This document shows, piece by piece, positions 38,350 to 53,790 of a DNA stretch of 64,000 nucleotides. The position numbers were made by a program, and so were the translations under genes. The notes below the pieces were generated by a model, which had not been told where the DNA came from, searched no databases, and worked only from the letters and a program-made list of their open reading frames with translations. The stretch is from Octopus sinensis (taxonomy: Eukaryota), in NCBI RefSeq assembly GCF_006345805.1, contig NC_043006.1:92876001-92940000 (forward strand). Direction: 5' to 3'. Every line of letters starts with the position of its first letter. Within the stretch, counting starts at the first letter, position 1.

Positions 38350-38788
38350 TCTCTCTATATATAAACGGCAGTTTGTCTGTTTGTGTGTCTGTGTGTCTGT
38401 CAGATTGTACCCTCACCCTGACCACGGCTTTCAACCGATTCTGATGAAACTTGACACACACATAGCCCAATGTCATAATTCAAAACTAACGCAGTGAAAA
38501 TTTTGAAAAGTTCCCCCAGTTCTGAAAAAATCGATAAATTCGACATGGGGTCGAAAATCTAAGCTTTTTATATGCAACACATTTTCTGTCTAGGGGACAC
38601 AACTCGACCTTTTTATCGCCCAAAGGGACAGCTAGGAACATCGTATACACAGAAGTATTCGAGTGAAGAGAAGACATTGCAACCTACACATGCGCCTTCG
38701 TTCCCTAGAGGGAAAGGACTAGATTGGGATTAGTCGTTACCTACTAGGGGCTCTTACATACCCGGGCAACGCCGGGCTATGCTGCTAG
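38350..38788 (+). mobile_element. Non-autonomous Helitron, 439 bp
   Basis: A|TC start (tctctctatatataaac, then gtctgt repeats), 3' hairpin cccgggcaacgccggg, CTAG|T end; termini resemble 25849/29908. Confidence 0.85.
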
Positions 38789-40374
38789 TGATGAATAAAA
38801 GAGCCTTCGATTTTCTTGGGATCTAATGCGTTGTTATTAAGACACTAATGAAATTGATAGAACCGTGAATTCATTATAGCCAGACAGGAACGTGGAGTCC
38901 ATATTTCGTTTCACTCTCACAAGTAACGGATTCAGTCCCAGCGGTTGGCGTATTTCATCTTTTGCAAACGTCTTTATGGCTTTGTGACGATTAATGCCAT
39001 TTGAGTGAAACTGAAATAGTCGTAACAGAACAGAATTTTCCAGGACTGTGCCTTTTTTCAACGGTTTATAAATCCTACGCTTGTAAATGCATAGATATTA
39101 TTTTCGATGAGCGACGCTCTCTTGAAGGCATTGCAAAACAAGCACTGATACCTCAGTAAATGTTTATCAGGACATTTTTACACACCTATTAAAATAACGC
39201 AGCGCATATTTTATAGGCGACATTCAAATGTCTTCATGGTTTACCAGTTATATTCCACGTAGCTGCAAATCCATTTATACGGCATAAGGCCCTACAGTAC
39301 TTGTTTGCACGATCCCCGGCCGATGCTTAAGCAAATATTTCCATGCATATGCCATTTCAAAGAATTCCTCTAAGCCATAGGTAAAGGCCTTTATTCATAC
39401 AAAACTTTAACAGCAATTAACTCACACTGTCCCCAACGTATCTTTGACCCCACCCATATATTCAGATTCATAATTGTTAAGCTATTAATTGAGATCGTTG
39501 GCCTTAATCATTGACCGAGGACCGTCGACTTCCGCCACACCAAAATTTTCTGAATTTTTTTAAAAATCCAAACTTTAAACTAATGCGACGCCATCATTTG
39601 TAGAAACGTAGAATTTTGGTTTGATATTGTGGCATAATATTAAGGGACCTGACATTCATAATATGTAGGCTTTTTCACTGGAGATTACAAATAGCTTTCA
39701 TTGAATCAAGATTTGTATAATGCTTGTACTATTGTGTTAGCTTAGGAGAAAGGGAAAAAATACAACAAAACAGATTCAAGACAAGTTGTCTCTGTCTACT
39801 TTGCCCACATACCACTATATATTTGTTGTTTTGAATACAAGTATTTTATACTCAGTACAATGTAGTCATTTTATATAATAGGTCTTGAATATATATGAGT
39901 CCAGGGAATTTGGTTAGAAATTTGCATATTTTTTTAACATCATTAACGCACCAAATATTGAGATCAATTGTAAATTTTATGCACAGATTCAGATTATCTA
40001 CACTTCCAGATGTTGCATTTTTGCTCAAATGTATTTGGAAATGTATACCGACTCTTGGGATTACTAGATCAAGTAGCCGTCATGCATTTTTTGAGGAGGG
40101 GGATTATTTCGGAGACAGGAGACCAAATACTGAGAATTACGACTTCATTTGATATTTCTTGTAATATTGACGATTTCTAAGAGATTCTATAAGGGATTTT
40201 ATAAGATTCTAAGAGATTCATATTGTCTCAGGTCGTCAGTTTAGTGGTTTTCTTAGGATGCTGGGTTTTACACGATTTATTTTATTTATCGTACTTAAGG
40301 GTTTCCTGTTATTTGAGCGTGGATGTATTTAAAAGTGTCATTTCATATATAATTCCATAAACAGTGAAGATTAC

Positions 40375-41006
40375 AGAATCTCCTGAAACTCTTCTGGAGG
40401 GTCTCCTTTTTTAAGTTGGTGAATGCTGCCATAATCCTTGACTTCAGTTCATCTTTGGCGTTTCAAGGACTTTTTTTCTGGTCTCCCGCTCAACTGCACC
40501 CCACATATAATAATCAAAGAGGTTGCAGTCTGAGGAGTTATGTGGCCAGATGTTAGAGGTGATGTGGTCGGAGAAATTGTCAGACAGCCATGATTGGGTT
40601 CTCCTGCTTGTGTATCATGGTGCAAAGTCCTGTTGTCAGACATAGGGACTTCCAGCAGCCACCCTCATGACATAGGGCAGCAACACCTCCTCTACTTGAT
40701 GGATGCCTCCGTATTTAGTCTGAGGCCGTGTGGGAAGATGGATAGAGGCATAACGTCGCCATCACTGGTAGTCACTCCAAACACCATGATGTTGACTGGG
40801 TGTTTGATTTTTATCACTCTCGGTACATGATTTGGGGACACGGCAAGACAACGGTTGTTCTGTGTGTTAACCATCTCTTCGTATTGGAGCTTCCAGCACG
40901 AATATCTAGCGATACAGCATATAGTTTCCAAATTTTTGGCAGAGTGAATTGCATAATGGTGCTGTTTTTCTCACACACGGTGCCCAACTGACCCTACTAT
41001 ACCCTG
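40375..41006 (-). mobile_element. maT (DD37D) Tc1/mariner-superfamily transposase remnant
   Basis: KHPVNIMVFGV...SDG, then QQD...WPHNSSDCNLFDYYMWG with 37 residues between the last two Asp and in-frame stops; probable terminus TA|CAGGGT at 41006. Confidence 0.8.
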
Positions 41007-41692
41007 TATTCAATAAAATCGGTAACAATGTGAATGTGCGAAATTAAATATATATAAATGCGACAATTTACCCATCGCATCTTGTACTGTTTGTGTTTTT
41101 TAACAATAAACGTCTTTGAGGGGAATTTTTCGGATGAAAAATAGTCGCTTCTGAGGCTTTGATAACAGACTTAAGTGGGTAATTGATAATTCTACACACT
41201 GAAGCTACTTTTATTGCATAATCTGAATTCATTCTATTTGTACAGATTTATTGCACATCAGTTAATAATTTATATTCTATCTTTATATACTTTAGACTCC
41301 TGTACGTGTATCTGTGTGTGAGTAGAGCAGTCGAATACTTCAGTCACCAGGGCACTGGATTCAATATATTGCGAGACTTCTTTCAGGTCACTGAGCTTTA
41401 TATGCATACATAACAGAGCGACGCCGTCGCTTTCCTTTTTTATATTTTCAAGACAAAGAGAATAACACTAACACTCCATTGAGGTGAATCCCTATCTCTC
41501 GCCGCCTATTGCATGTTAATATACCGACTCAAAATTTCGAGGACTGCGAGAGGGTCTGAGACCGTTCGCGACCATATGTGACCCTAAAACATTTAGTGAA
41601 CGCTAATACCAAGGCCACGTATGATTGACGGTTGTAATTTAATATGCTTATGCATATAAAGGAATATGCGTATATCCTCATGTGTGTATGTG

Positions 41693-41731
<39 letters not shown>

Positions 41732-41774
41732 GTATGTATGCATACTTATATGTACATCATCATATTTATATATA

Positions 41775-42007
41775 TATACTCTTACTCTTTACTCTCTTTT
41801 ACTTGTTTCAGTCATTTGACTGTGGCCATGCTGGAGCACCGCTTTTAACCGAGCAAATGGACCCCAGGACTTATTCCTTGTAAGCCTAGTACTTATTTCA
41901 TCGGTCTCTTTTGCTGAACCGCTAGATTACGGGGACGTAAACACACCAGCATCGGTTGTCAAGCGATGTTGGAGTGACAAACACAGACGCACAAACATAC
42001 ACACACA

Positions 42008-42080
<73 letters not shown>

Positions 42081-42218
42081 AATATGATGAATGTCCATAG
42101 AAGTGACAAGAAACGATCGTAGTGGATATCTTAATTATATTTAATTTATATAAATTTTTTTATGTATTGGATTAAGTCTTTCTTTGTTTGATTTGCATAA
42201 TAGTGGTTTTGTCTCTAA

Positions 42219-42295
<77 letters not shown>

Positions 42296-42485
42296 ATATA
42301 TGTATATATATATACATATATACGACTGGCTTCATTCAGTTTCCGCCTACCAAATCCACTCACAAGGCTTTGGTCGGCCCGAGGTTATAGTTGAAGACTC
42401 TTGCCCAAGGTGCCACGCAGTGAGACTGAACCCCGAACCATGTCGTTAGTAAGCAAGCTACTTACCACACAGCCACTCCTCCACC
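41775..42485 (-). mobile_element. tRNA/CORE-like SINE with expanded central microsatellite and extra insert
   Basis: Head 42320-42485 and tail 41775-41990 match the 15108 family; could be two adjacent fragments. Confidence 0.8.
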
Positions 42486-42499
42486 TATATATATATATT

Positions 42500-42531
<32 letters not shown>

Positions 42532-43597
42532 ATATGTACACACACATACACACACACATCAATATATAAGAAGAGAATAGGCTAATCGAAATGAGTTGGA
42601 GTAGGTTTCCTCAAATCAATTTTTTCAAAAACTTTTCAGTAAATATTGCGAACTATTGATTGGCCCTATTAAATCAATAATTATTCATCTAAGCTAAAAT
42701 ACGAATGTCAGAGGTTTTGATATCGATTATAGATTAACTGGAAACATTTCTGATTGTTCAAGTATGTGTTACTGTAGCTTAATATAAAGCTAGTGGAAAA
42801 TTTCACATTAATAACAATTGAAAATAGTCGTCTATATAATTACATGAACAGTAAATATTACAACAATACCATTACATGAAAAGAAATCTATGAGGGTTTT
42901 ATTACACGTAAATGTAACATAGCTGTGAACATAAATATCAGCGAATAATTCAACAGAAGATGTTATATAGGTGATAAGAAAGCGATGGTGTAGGCGGATG
43001 AGAATGCTAAGTAAAATGTATGTGTGCATAGAATAACGTGGTAATTGCCTTCTCTGTCGTTTTGGGTTTAATAAAATATGAATGTAAGTGTTATCTAACG
43101 AGTGCTTGAAGTGATGTGTTGAAGTCATTAGTGACTACACTGTGACTAGTGTGATAGTGTCTGCAGTATTTTCCTAAAATTGAATTCGTGACATTATTTA
43201 AATTGTAATTTGGAACAATTTCATTCGTAATACAAACACCGTTGAGAATAATTTGATACCAAAACAACCGATTTAGCTATACGAGAAATCTATGGACACT
43301 TTATGGTGCACAAAATGAAAGTTAAATGCAATTTTTCTAACATTTTTGCACAAGTCTCCGCTATTCCTATACTTTACAAAGTAAGGAGGATTGTACCAGA
43401 CGACTCATTAATCCTTTGAACTTGAAGAAGTACGAAACAACATAATGCGAAAGACAGTGGCGAGTGGCGAGAGTACGCGCTACAAAAAGTCACGTCATTG
43501 ATGATTGGAGAGTTAGACATATTAGAAGTGGTGATAGTACTATTTCTTTCATATTAGCAAATACATCTAACAAAATTAATGGACATATACAGACGCA

Positions 43598-43810
43598 GGA
43601 ATGGCGGTGCGGTAAGACGTTTGCATCTCAATCACATGCTTCAGTCCCATTGCGTAGCATCGTGGACAAATGTCTTCTGCTACACCCTCGAGGTCACCAA
43701 TGACTTTTAATGGCTTTGGTAAATGAAACTGAAAATATCATTGTTGTACATGTTTATATGTGTGTGTGCCGGTGTGTCTGTGTCTATTCTCGTAATTTAG
43801 CGGTTCCGAG
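43598..43810 (+). mobile_element. Decayed SINE copy
   Basis: ggaatggcggtgcggtaag...ttcagtcccattgcgtagca...aaatgtcttctgcta resembles the SINE head and core. Confidence 0.6.
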
Positions 43811-45002
43811 CTGCCTCTAATATATATATATATATAAATATATTCTCTCATCGCACTGATGTTGCCCGTGCTGCAGGTGGTGGCCACATTGAACACTTAT
43901 AGGACAGGAAATAAAAGTTGATTGTGAGCAAATACTTGTGACTTTGCTGGAATTTTCTATTCCTATTGTTTTTTAAATTATAGCGGAATGAAATCGGTTC
44001 ATTCTTTTTGAATAACCCTGTCTATACATAGTTCTGTATTAATACTGATAAAGTGATATAAATAGCCAGAAAGTTGACATAAATTTTTTGAGACATCCTG
44101 TAAACACTTGTAACGGAATCACTTTACCAAATTCTTTACAGCCTTTTTTCTTGGACCTTCCTCGTATAGTTTATTGTTTAACATATCCATCGTAATATCA
44201 AAGCGTATATTCACAGAAGCCTATCCTCAAATGAAGACAATTTAATAACATTGATTTTCGCCTTAGTAGTAGACGTAATATAGGGGAACTTATATAGAAT
44301 CGATCATAAAAGAGGAGTTATTCAAAATTTCTTGTGTTCTAGAGAACATTATGTCACTACTTTTTTATACAATGGCAAAATACATGTAAGAACATATGAA
44401 AACAAAATGGTTCATTTACTCGGAAGAGCACCAGAGCATGTAACATTTAGGCGTATAAATATGTGTGGAATATATCTAGCGTCTTCAGTGACATGGAACA
44501 CGCGTTAATCCAGATAGTTTGAGTAGAAGAGCAAGTGTATTATCAACAGAGGAACATAAAACGGAAAATGTTTTCCCGGAGAATATATTGGTGTTCTTCA
44601 ATCTATTGTAAACTAAATGATACATTAAATATGGTTTTAAGCCTGTATAATGTTTTATTATGTGGTGCAAATATATTGAACATGTAATACATATGAGGAT
44701 ATATACACACACACACACATATCTATCTATATATATATATACATACATATATATGAATGTGCATGTGTATGTGTGAATATTTTGTATAAACGTGCATATA
44801 TATATATATTATATATATATATATACACACACACACAAATTTGCGTGTGTGTGTGTGTGTTTGATGTAGTGCCTCTGGATTGAATCCTATAAGATCTTTG
44901 TTTGTAAAAGAGAAAAATAATCATCTTTATAGCGTGTGTTTATATATATATGTATATTGAATAACACACACACACATATGTACATATATGTATGTATGTG
45001 TC

Positions 45003-45073
<71 letters not shown>

Positions 45074-45202
45074 TGTATATATATATGTATGTATATATAT
45101 ATATACATACATTTAAGAGCATATTGCACTTACAGTGTTATACTTTTATACTTTTATGAAATAGCATTCAATTTCTCTTGTGCCGCTGTGTCTTTTAAGT
45201 AT

Positions 45203-45265
<63 letters not shown>

Positions 45266-45803
45266 CACATACATACAGGTATGTATGTAAATGTATAATT
45301 TTTACGTGTTATGTGTTAATATAGTTCGGAGCGTATATTAAGTTATGTGTGTCTAAACCTTGTTTTTCTGAACTCTTAACCTAGTTTCCTGCTTCTAAGA
45401 AACCATGCCACTCAAAAGGCATTTGAAAGGAAAGAAAACACCTGCAGGACGACTGTTCAATCTAAATTAACAGAAATTTCACATTCCTTGTGCCACAAAC
45501 TTTTAAACCTTTAAGTAGATGAGTTCCTTATCGTTGCAATTATCCTATGCTTCAGCGCACTTCACTCTGCGTCTCCCTATAAAATATAACACGGAAACTG
45601 CAGCTCTGCCACAGTAAGCCTATAGTTTGAATCCGCATTAATAACTGTGTGGGTATACAAATAATGAAATAGCTTGCAAATATTTCACAATGTAAACTTA
45701 TTAATTTCTATGAAGGTACTACCTACGTTTGCCTGTATGTAGGTCAACCAGCACACACACACACACAAACACATGTAACATATACATTTCAGTGTATGTC
45801 TGT

Positions 45804-45848
<45 letters not shown>

Positions 45849-45950
45849 TGGATATGTGTGAAGAAAGATTTTCTTAAATTAAAAGTTATTCAGTATATAA
45901 GATATTCTTGAAAATGTAGAATAAAACAAATCTTATAGAAAGAATGTGTG

Positions 45951-45981
<31 letters not shown>

Positions 45982-46073
45982 ATCAAAATACTTTCAGTTG
46001 TACGGATAATACGCACTGACGTGCTTAAACTTGAGTCCCTAATTCAACCGAATCTCAATTATTCCTTTACATA

Positions 46074-46128
<55 letters not shown>

Positions 46129-46133
46129 ATATA

Positions 46134-46460
46134 TAAGACTTATACAGGGCCTTCGGAAAATTCTTTTAAAACGCGATTTTATTCGCACAAAAAATTCATT
46201 TCGATACCCAGAAAATAGGAAGAAGACCAGTCTGGCAAAATATGTCTGGGAACTAAAAGAAAAAGAAGCCCGACCTTTCAATGTGTCATGGAGCATTCTA
46301 GATAGAGCGGCACCATATAGGCACGGGGTACACAAGAAAAATTTTAAATGCAATCTCTGTTTGTTAGAGAAATATTTCATTTTATTCAAAGACAATATTT
46401 CTTTGAATCAAAGAAGCGAACATGCAGGCACGCAACCGAATTCAAAATGTCGAACGTAAA
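46134..46460 (+). pseudogene. GIY-YIG endonuclease C-terminal fragment of a second Penelope-like lineage
   Basis: YTGPSENSFKTRFYSHK..RY...TSLAKYVWELK...VSWSIL...CNLCLLEKYFI...LNQRSE..CRH across a frameshift; unlike the endonuclease at 35231. Confidence 0.75.
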
Positions 46461-47764
46461 TATCCCTTATGGATAGCGTATATTTTGTCTTTTTGAATTT
46501 TTGATTCTTGGACTAGTCTTTAATCACACCGATGGATTTGTTTCGCGCTATGCAGGTTTCATTCCGCATAGCAAAGTCTTGTACATATATTTTGTTTATA
46601 TTTTGTTTATATTTCGACATATTCCCTAGCAAAAACCTTCGACTTAGTTTATTTCATTTTATTATATTGTATAGGCTCACTTTGGTAATTTAATTTATAG
46701 ATAAACCAATATAGGGTGTTATATTTTGCATGTCTTTCGTCTAAATTTTTATTATTATGCACTCAGCAATTAAAAAAATAATGTAGTCAGATCCTAAACA
46801 TTTTTATGTGAATATGTGTATTGGCATGAATATGTATTTGTAAGCATACGTCTATGTGTATGTGTAAGTGAGCGTATGTTTGTACTTAAGCACATACATA
46901 CATGAATGTATGTGTATGCATGTATCCACTTGGACTTGTGTGTTTGTGTACTTGTCTCTATATATGTGTCCATATATGTGTATTTGCTGCTTACATAATT
47001 TGTATGCAAACATTCGTCGCGTATAGTCAGAATATTATTTTTTCTTCTTTCCTTTTCTTTTTTCCTTTTCTCTTTTTCTTTTTTCTCCCTCTTCCTTTCT
47101 TTCGTTTATTCTCTCCCTATTCGTTACTTGTATAGAGCCCTGAAACTTTACGTCCCCCTCCCCCTCCTTTACTTACGTCTTTAGCTTTCTGTTGCAAATA
47201 AGAGAGCCCCTTCCCCATCCATGAATTTTGCTTATAGTCTATATGGATACAAGTGATTTTTGCATGCGAGCTAGATTGCGTATACATATGTGTACATGCA
47301 TTTGTCTGTATATTTTCGTTTCGCATTATATGTCTGTATATGTATATGGTCTGCGCACATTTATCTGTGTATGTTGATGTATATATGTATGTTAATAGTT
47401 TAGTATGAGTATGTACTGTTGTGAAATATTTTAATATATTTTAATATTTTAATTTCAATTTGTATGTATTAATTATATTTTCCTTATTAATGACAATATG
47501 TATTTTAACCAAAGATTCGATTTAAGGTTTTTCCTCGACTTTTATAATTTTATATTTTATATTGAACTCATTTTTGTTTATCGCTCGCATATGTCCATTA
47601 TTTGAAAGGAGCAATCAAACAAGATCATTTTTAAAGGTGTAACGTTTATACTAGTCTTGATAGAATTGTCATATCGGTTCTATTTTAACAAAATTGTCCA
47701 ACGAACGGGAACGTGAAACTCCGAGTAACAGGTTTTGTTGAATTTCTGCTGCTTTTAAATAAAG

Positions 47765-47852
<88 letters not shown>

Positions 47853-48498
47853 TGTATGTATGTATGTATGTATGTATATAAACAGAATGAGATAAAAATT
47901 CTAGGCTGTGAAAGATATCAACACATTTATAAATGGTAGGTCTGAAATCTTTCACAGCGTTGGATTTTTATCTCATTCTGTAATTTTTTTTAATATATAC
48001 ACATGATGACATATGACCTACGTTGGACTCCTCATTCGCATAATCACCGAACCTGGAGATTAACGATAGTCTAGCACTTACTCCGCATTACCTGACACCT
48101 TTGGGTCTTATTGACACCATTACCTCTCAAAACCCCTCTCTCTCATATATATATTATATATATATATAATATATATATATATATATCAAAAGAAAAGAGA
48201 AAATGGAGAAACATTGATGAAGATTTGAATTACATCATTTTTTTAGTTATTAATTAATAAATAATAATTGATGCAAGTAATTTGTTGTTCATCAGTATTT
48301 CTCCATTTTCTGTTTTCTTAAAATTTTGATTCTTGATAACCTCATATTTATCTTTCCTTTTACCTACACTTTATGAGCATAACATGCTTGCATATGTATG
48401 CCGATGGTTAAACTTTGGTAATGTACTGATAATATAATGAATACTTCTATCCCTTAGACGGTAATTTTACCCACTAACACAGCTAACTTTATGCATAA

Positions 48499-48504
<6 letters not shown>

Positions 48505-48579
<75 letters not shown>

Positions 48580-48589
48580 ATATATATAT

Positions 48590-48640
<51 letters not shown>

Positions 48641-48648
48641 GTGTATAT

Positions 48649-48729
<81 letters not shown>

Positions 48730-48735
48730 GTATAT
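48505..48735. repeat. (ATCT)n plus (TA)n microsatellite
   Basis: Direct reading. Confidence 0.95.
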
Positions 48736-49970
48736 ATACACGTGTGCGCGCGTGAGTGTTTGTGTACACAGAAACACAGATGAGTGTGTGTGTTTTAGTG
48801 GGTGTATGTGCGAGTGCTAAAAATTATTCTGCGAATATCAATTGTAAATGTGTAATATTGTTCCCGAAATGACATCGTGCATCCGTTTCTCTTTAGATTA
48901 GAAGTGTAAAGGAATACACATGTTCATAGGACTTAAAACTTTTTTTTTTCTCAGTGATGAGCTCACCCCACCCTTTTTTCTTATCTTTCTTATCCTACTT
49001 CCTAAAATTGACATCTTGAATGGTGACCAGACCTTGTGACAAAATGCGTTTATTTACATATATGTTTGATATGTATATAATGAGGAAGGAAAGAGTGGGG
49101 GGAAAGAAAAATACAAGACAAAAGAAAGAAAAGAAATGAAAAATATTTTGTAATGAAATTTCAATGGTTTGGCCACATCAAAATGAAAGTATATCTATCT
49201 ATCTACTTATATCCCTCCCCTTCTATCTATCTTTCTCTCTATCTATCTATCTATTTATCTCTCTCTCCTATCTATCTTTCCCTCTCACTCTCTCTCTCTC
49301 TATCTATCTATCCTTTGCCCATCTCTTATTGTTCTTTTCTTCTTTTTTGATTGTCCTGAAACCTCTCTCTGCATTTGTCTTCCCCCTTTTCGCTTTTCTT
49401 TCCAAGAAACAAAACAAAACAAAAAACATCCGATTCTTATAAATGAACAACGAAATATAGAATTCCCCAAGATTCTGACTGCCTCCTTTTTCTCAGTATA
49501 CAATATCTGTACACCACTTCAAACACTCTATACATAGACACACAAGCACACACACACATATGTACACGTGTATGTATATGTATGTATACACATACATATA
49601 TACATATATATGCGTTTACATGTGCATATAATGCACTAGTGTATGTTTAAATAGCTATTTTGGAGCCATTCGATATCAAGTGAAAGTGTTGTTTAAAGAA
49701 TCATTTTCTCGTTGAAATATACCATGGCATTGCTTCTAATGCTGTTAAAATATTTCAAATTTGTCCAAAGAAAATGTCATTATCCACTGAAAAGTGTTTA
49801 GATAGTTGTGAAGAAAAATGTAATTTTTCCTTATAAAATCAAAATCCTGAAATCTATTCGGCTATTCGTTGTCCATCCAGTTACTTCTTATTTTGGTGTC
49901 AATATATTCTTTATATTTAACATGGAGTCAAACGTATGCCTCCGTGCCAGTTGTCATATTTCCATACACT

Positions 49971-50046
49971 GTATGTATGTATGTATGTATGTATGTATGT
50001 ATGTATGTATGTATGTATGTATGTATGTATGTATGTATGTATGTAT
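49971..50046. repeat. (ATGT)n microsatellite
   Basis: Direct reading. Confidence 0.97.
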
Positions 50047-51589
50047 GCATTTGTCATCTTTTAATTTTTGAAGCATACGTTATTGGAATAATGTTAAAAA
50101 AACAGTAAAATTCCATTGAATAATTTTATACGCCTGTGTTAAATATAAAGCGTATGTCCATTATCTCCTTCTAAATGCTGGTTACACCGCATATTGAGAC
50201 ATTTGTCTAATCATCTGTATAATTTAACTAGACATCTCAAATATTATTCTAAATATAAAATCTAATATGTCGATGTCGTCTGTTCCAAATTAATATCGAA
50301 TTAAAATATTTTGTTAAATGCTAAAATTCTTCTTTGATAGAAGCATTATCAATGACCCCTGCATCCGTCTGAAAATAAAATAAATTCGGATTACAGAACA
50401 TTCGTAGCGATAGAATATGATTAGCCGTATCTTATAATTACTAAAACATTATGATAGATTTAATTAAAGAATCTAATTAAAGAATCCAGAGTATCGAGAG
50501 AATTTATCTATAATTCATCTCTCTGTAGAGCACGCTACTCAACAAGTTCGCCATTTTTAAATGAAATCATTTATTTCTATTTATTGCTACATCCATCACA
50601 GTTATTTCCACAATACTCTTTAACATAAATCATACAAGGTTTTGAAATCTATACTGCAGAATATATATATCCTCTATGGTAACGAGCAAACACTGTGTTT
50701 AAAAGTGTATACTTTATAGCCAAACTTATATAACATTGCCAAGCGACTTGTAAGATTGTATATTTTAGATAATCTTAATATGCAAAGTTAAAATGCCTGT
50801 TTGACTGCGTTAATAATAATAATAATAATTTAATATACCCATGAAATCCTATATGCATGTTATATTTGGAAGCAATTTCTTAATGCGTTGTATTCATTTG
50901 ATTAACTTCTTCTAAAAGTAAATCCTATTAATATATATATTTTGAAACCTGTATTAGAACTTTTAAATCAGTCTTTTTCGAGTTTATAATAATCTACTAT
51001 CAAATATATCGACTTAGGGAATGAATAATCAATATTATTCTCTCCACATTTACAGTATTACACGGACAAAACGATATGCCTTAACGCCATGCAATAATGG
51101 ATTCCTATCCAATTTAGTGGCTGCATATCATCGGTAAGTATCTTCTTCAGCAGCTATATAAATAGCTGCCAGATTAAGATGACAATCCTCGTTAAATCCC
51201 ACTATATTATAGAATAAATCTTTATATATATATATCCTCGATATTTCTGCAAATATATATTCGGAAATATTATAGAAGTCTAACTAGATACATCGAATTA
51301 TAATATATGTAAAACGAATAAATGCGATTACATAGATTCGTCACTAATTTTACATTCTACAAAGTCCTTAACGGAAAACTGTGTATAGAAAACTATAAAC
51401 TAAAACATATAGAATTAACTATAAAGGATTTATTATAATAAAACAATTTATAGAAATTTCGACAAAGCAGAAAACTAACAGGGTGTATGTTATTTTTAGA
51501 GAAACATTCCATATCAAGTATTAAATTAGCCTAAAACTGTATGCGCCTTAATTAAAAGAATAATATGCAATCAAATTATATTTAATGAA

Positions 51590-51710
51590 TAGGTGTGGCT
51601 GTATAGTAATAAGTTTATTTTCCAGCCACATGGTTCCGGGTTCAGTCCCGCTGCCTGCCATTTCGGCCGACCGTGAGTGGTTGTCGTTGACGGAAACGGG
51701 AAGGCAACAT
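51590..51710 (+). mobile_element. Deleted SINE head
   Basis: gtgtggctgta...ccacatggttccgggttcagtccc. Confidence 0.65.
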
Positions 51711-52559
51711 ACACACACACACACAAACACACCCATATATACACGCACGTTACATTTTTTCTGACAACGTAGAACAAAAGTAAATGTTTTGTGGGGCATT
51801 ATGAATCTACAGGTGTTTGTTAGTTTAGATGTAATTAAAATGCTCAAAATTTCGATTAAATAAGTAATAGAAGAATCAAATATTTCAACTGATAAATTAT
51901 AATTCTTAGGGAAATGCATTTTAATTATTCATTCCACAAACCAGCGATTAATTTCTTATAAGTGTAACGACATATAGTTGCAATTAGTTTAAGCGTTGTC
52001 TGAAACCAGTCATACTAATTTAAATATAATCGATTATTTTGATTATTGCAGAATACAATTCGTGAATTTCAATTAAAATAAAAACGTTTCATTTAGAAAT
52101 GTTGAAAAACGGACGATAATTAGTCCGAGTGATTAAAAGCATCGTTACAGGTTGCTTCATCAATGTCGTTAATAATAAAACAAAACTTATAATAAATAAA
52201 CAAACAAATGAATAAATGAATAATGTTACGTGCCGTGTTGTAGTAGAAAAAATTATAATAATTCAGTATTTGATAGATTTCATCTAAAATATTAAGTCTT
52301 TCGAACAAAGGTCAATCTTTGATCATTTAGTATTCGTTTCAGACTGCGTCCATGCTTAGGCACCGCTTTTGAAAACGTTTAATCGAATAAATGGACCCCA
52401 GTACTTGCTTTCTTTTAAGCCTGGTATTTATTCTATCGGTTGAACTTTCCAAACAGCTATTTTACGGCTGTAAACAGACCAACACCGGTTGTAAAGCGTG
52501 CCGGGGCACACGCTACATATTTTCCTTCGGGACACACTAGGACGATCACACGCTGCACA

Positions 52560-52700
52560 TCTTCATTTCAAGCTCTATTTTAAACAGCAGAAATGTGCCA
52601 AGCAGAGTTCAAGGTTAATCAATGCCAAGCGGCTCCATTTTGCCTACTTTAGCTTCGTTACTATGGCAACAGTCCAGATAGTCATTGCTCAGACCACGTA
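52560..52700 (+). mobile_element. Mariner right-end fragment related to 10403-11178
   Basis: tttagcttcgttactatggcaacagtcc is identical to 11128-11155; followed by a decayed TIR ending cacgTA. Confidence 0.75.
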
Positions 52701-52889
52701 TTTCAGTATTGAGAATTATCAATCGGAATTTTTCGGACGATTAAGGTCCCTGCTAGTGTACATATTTAACTTTATGCTTGTTGACTGCAACATTTGAGCA
52801 TTTTAGCTCTTATTTCTAGCAATGGAGGTGATTCTAACACCTTAGGCATATTTAGTATCTTTCCTTGGTGAAACACTGCAAAATGATAT

Positions 52890-52921
<32 letters not shown>

Positions 52922-53508
52922 CGGAGAGTTCACGAAAAAAGGTGGTGTACAAAACAAACATGTATTAGTATAACGCTCAGGAATACATACATACATATAT
53001 ATATTGTGTTTTACTTCGCGATGATAAGTTTTTCCCCAAATAAGCACACGCACTATATATTCGTTCCTCAGTCGTTTATTACTGCTCTCTATTTTAACTC
53101 ATGTCCATTGTCCAGAAATCTTTCGTCACACATCTGTGACCTCTGCTGCGAGATTTCCTTCCTTGTGTATGCTCCTGGTCCACATAGTCTGGAGAACATC
53201 TGTGTAGCTTGTTCCCCTGTTGCAACGTGCATCAAGCATATTCGGACTGATAACATTACAATAATAATAATAATAATATTTAAAAGCTTATAAATATTAT
53301 TATATTCGGGATAAGTGTATTGACCATTACACCAATATATCCACTCTCCTTTACTAGTTAAATTTAAGAACTATGATTTCATAGAGTTGTTTATTCAAAT
53401 AAATATGTGCGTTTTCTGTGATACATATATATACATACATGCCTATATGCATACTTAAATACATACATATATATATGTGTGTGTGTATATACATACCTAT
53501 ATGCATAC

Positions 53509-53549
<41 letters not shown>

Positions 53550-53587
53550 CCTACATGCATACATAAATACATACATGTGTATGTATG

Positions 53588-53621
<34 letters not shown>

Positions 53622-53622
53622 T

Positions 53623-53790
53623 TATCCATTATATAAAATCCGTTCTGTCTGTCTGTGTGTGTGTCTTCTAGGATCTCGAGCATCCTCCATCCGATTTAAT
53701 ATGTAGATACCGACGGTATCAGGGCGTGTATAAGTCTTGAAAAAATTACAAAAATCGATTCCAGGTGAGAATGCGATCGATAAAGCAGTT
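53623..53790 (+). mobile_element. Possible 5' end of a non-autonomous Helitron
   Basis: atccattatataaaatcc, then tctgtctg repeats, like the other Helitron starts; no 3' end seen. Confidence 0.4.

Noticed and set aside
43850-44103. Two Tc1-like terminal motifs (accctgt, atcctgta)
   Set aside because: No partner TIR or transposase sequence found.
46540-46580. gctatgc/gcatagc hairpin after the GIY-YIG fragment
   Set aside because: Hammerhead core boxes are absent on both strands.
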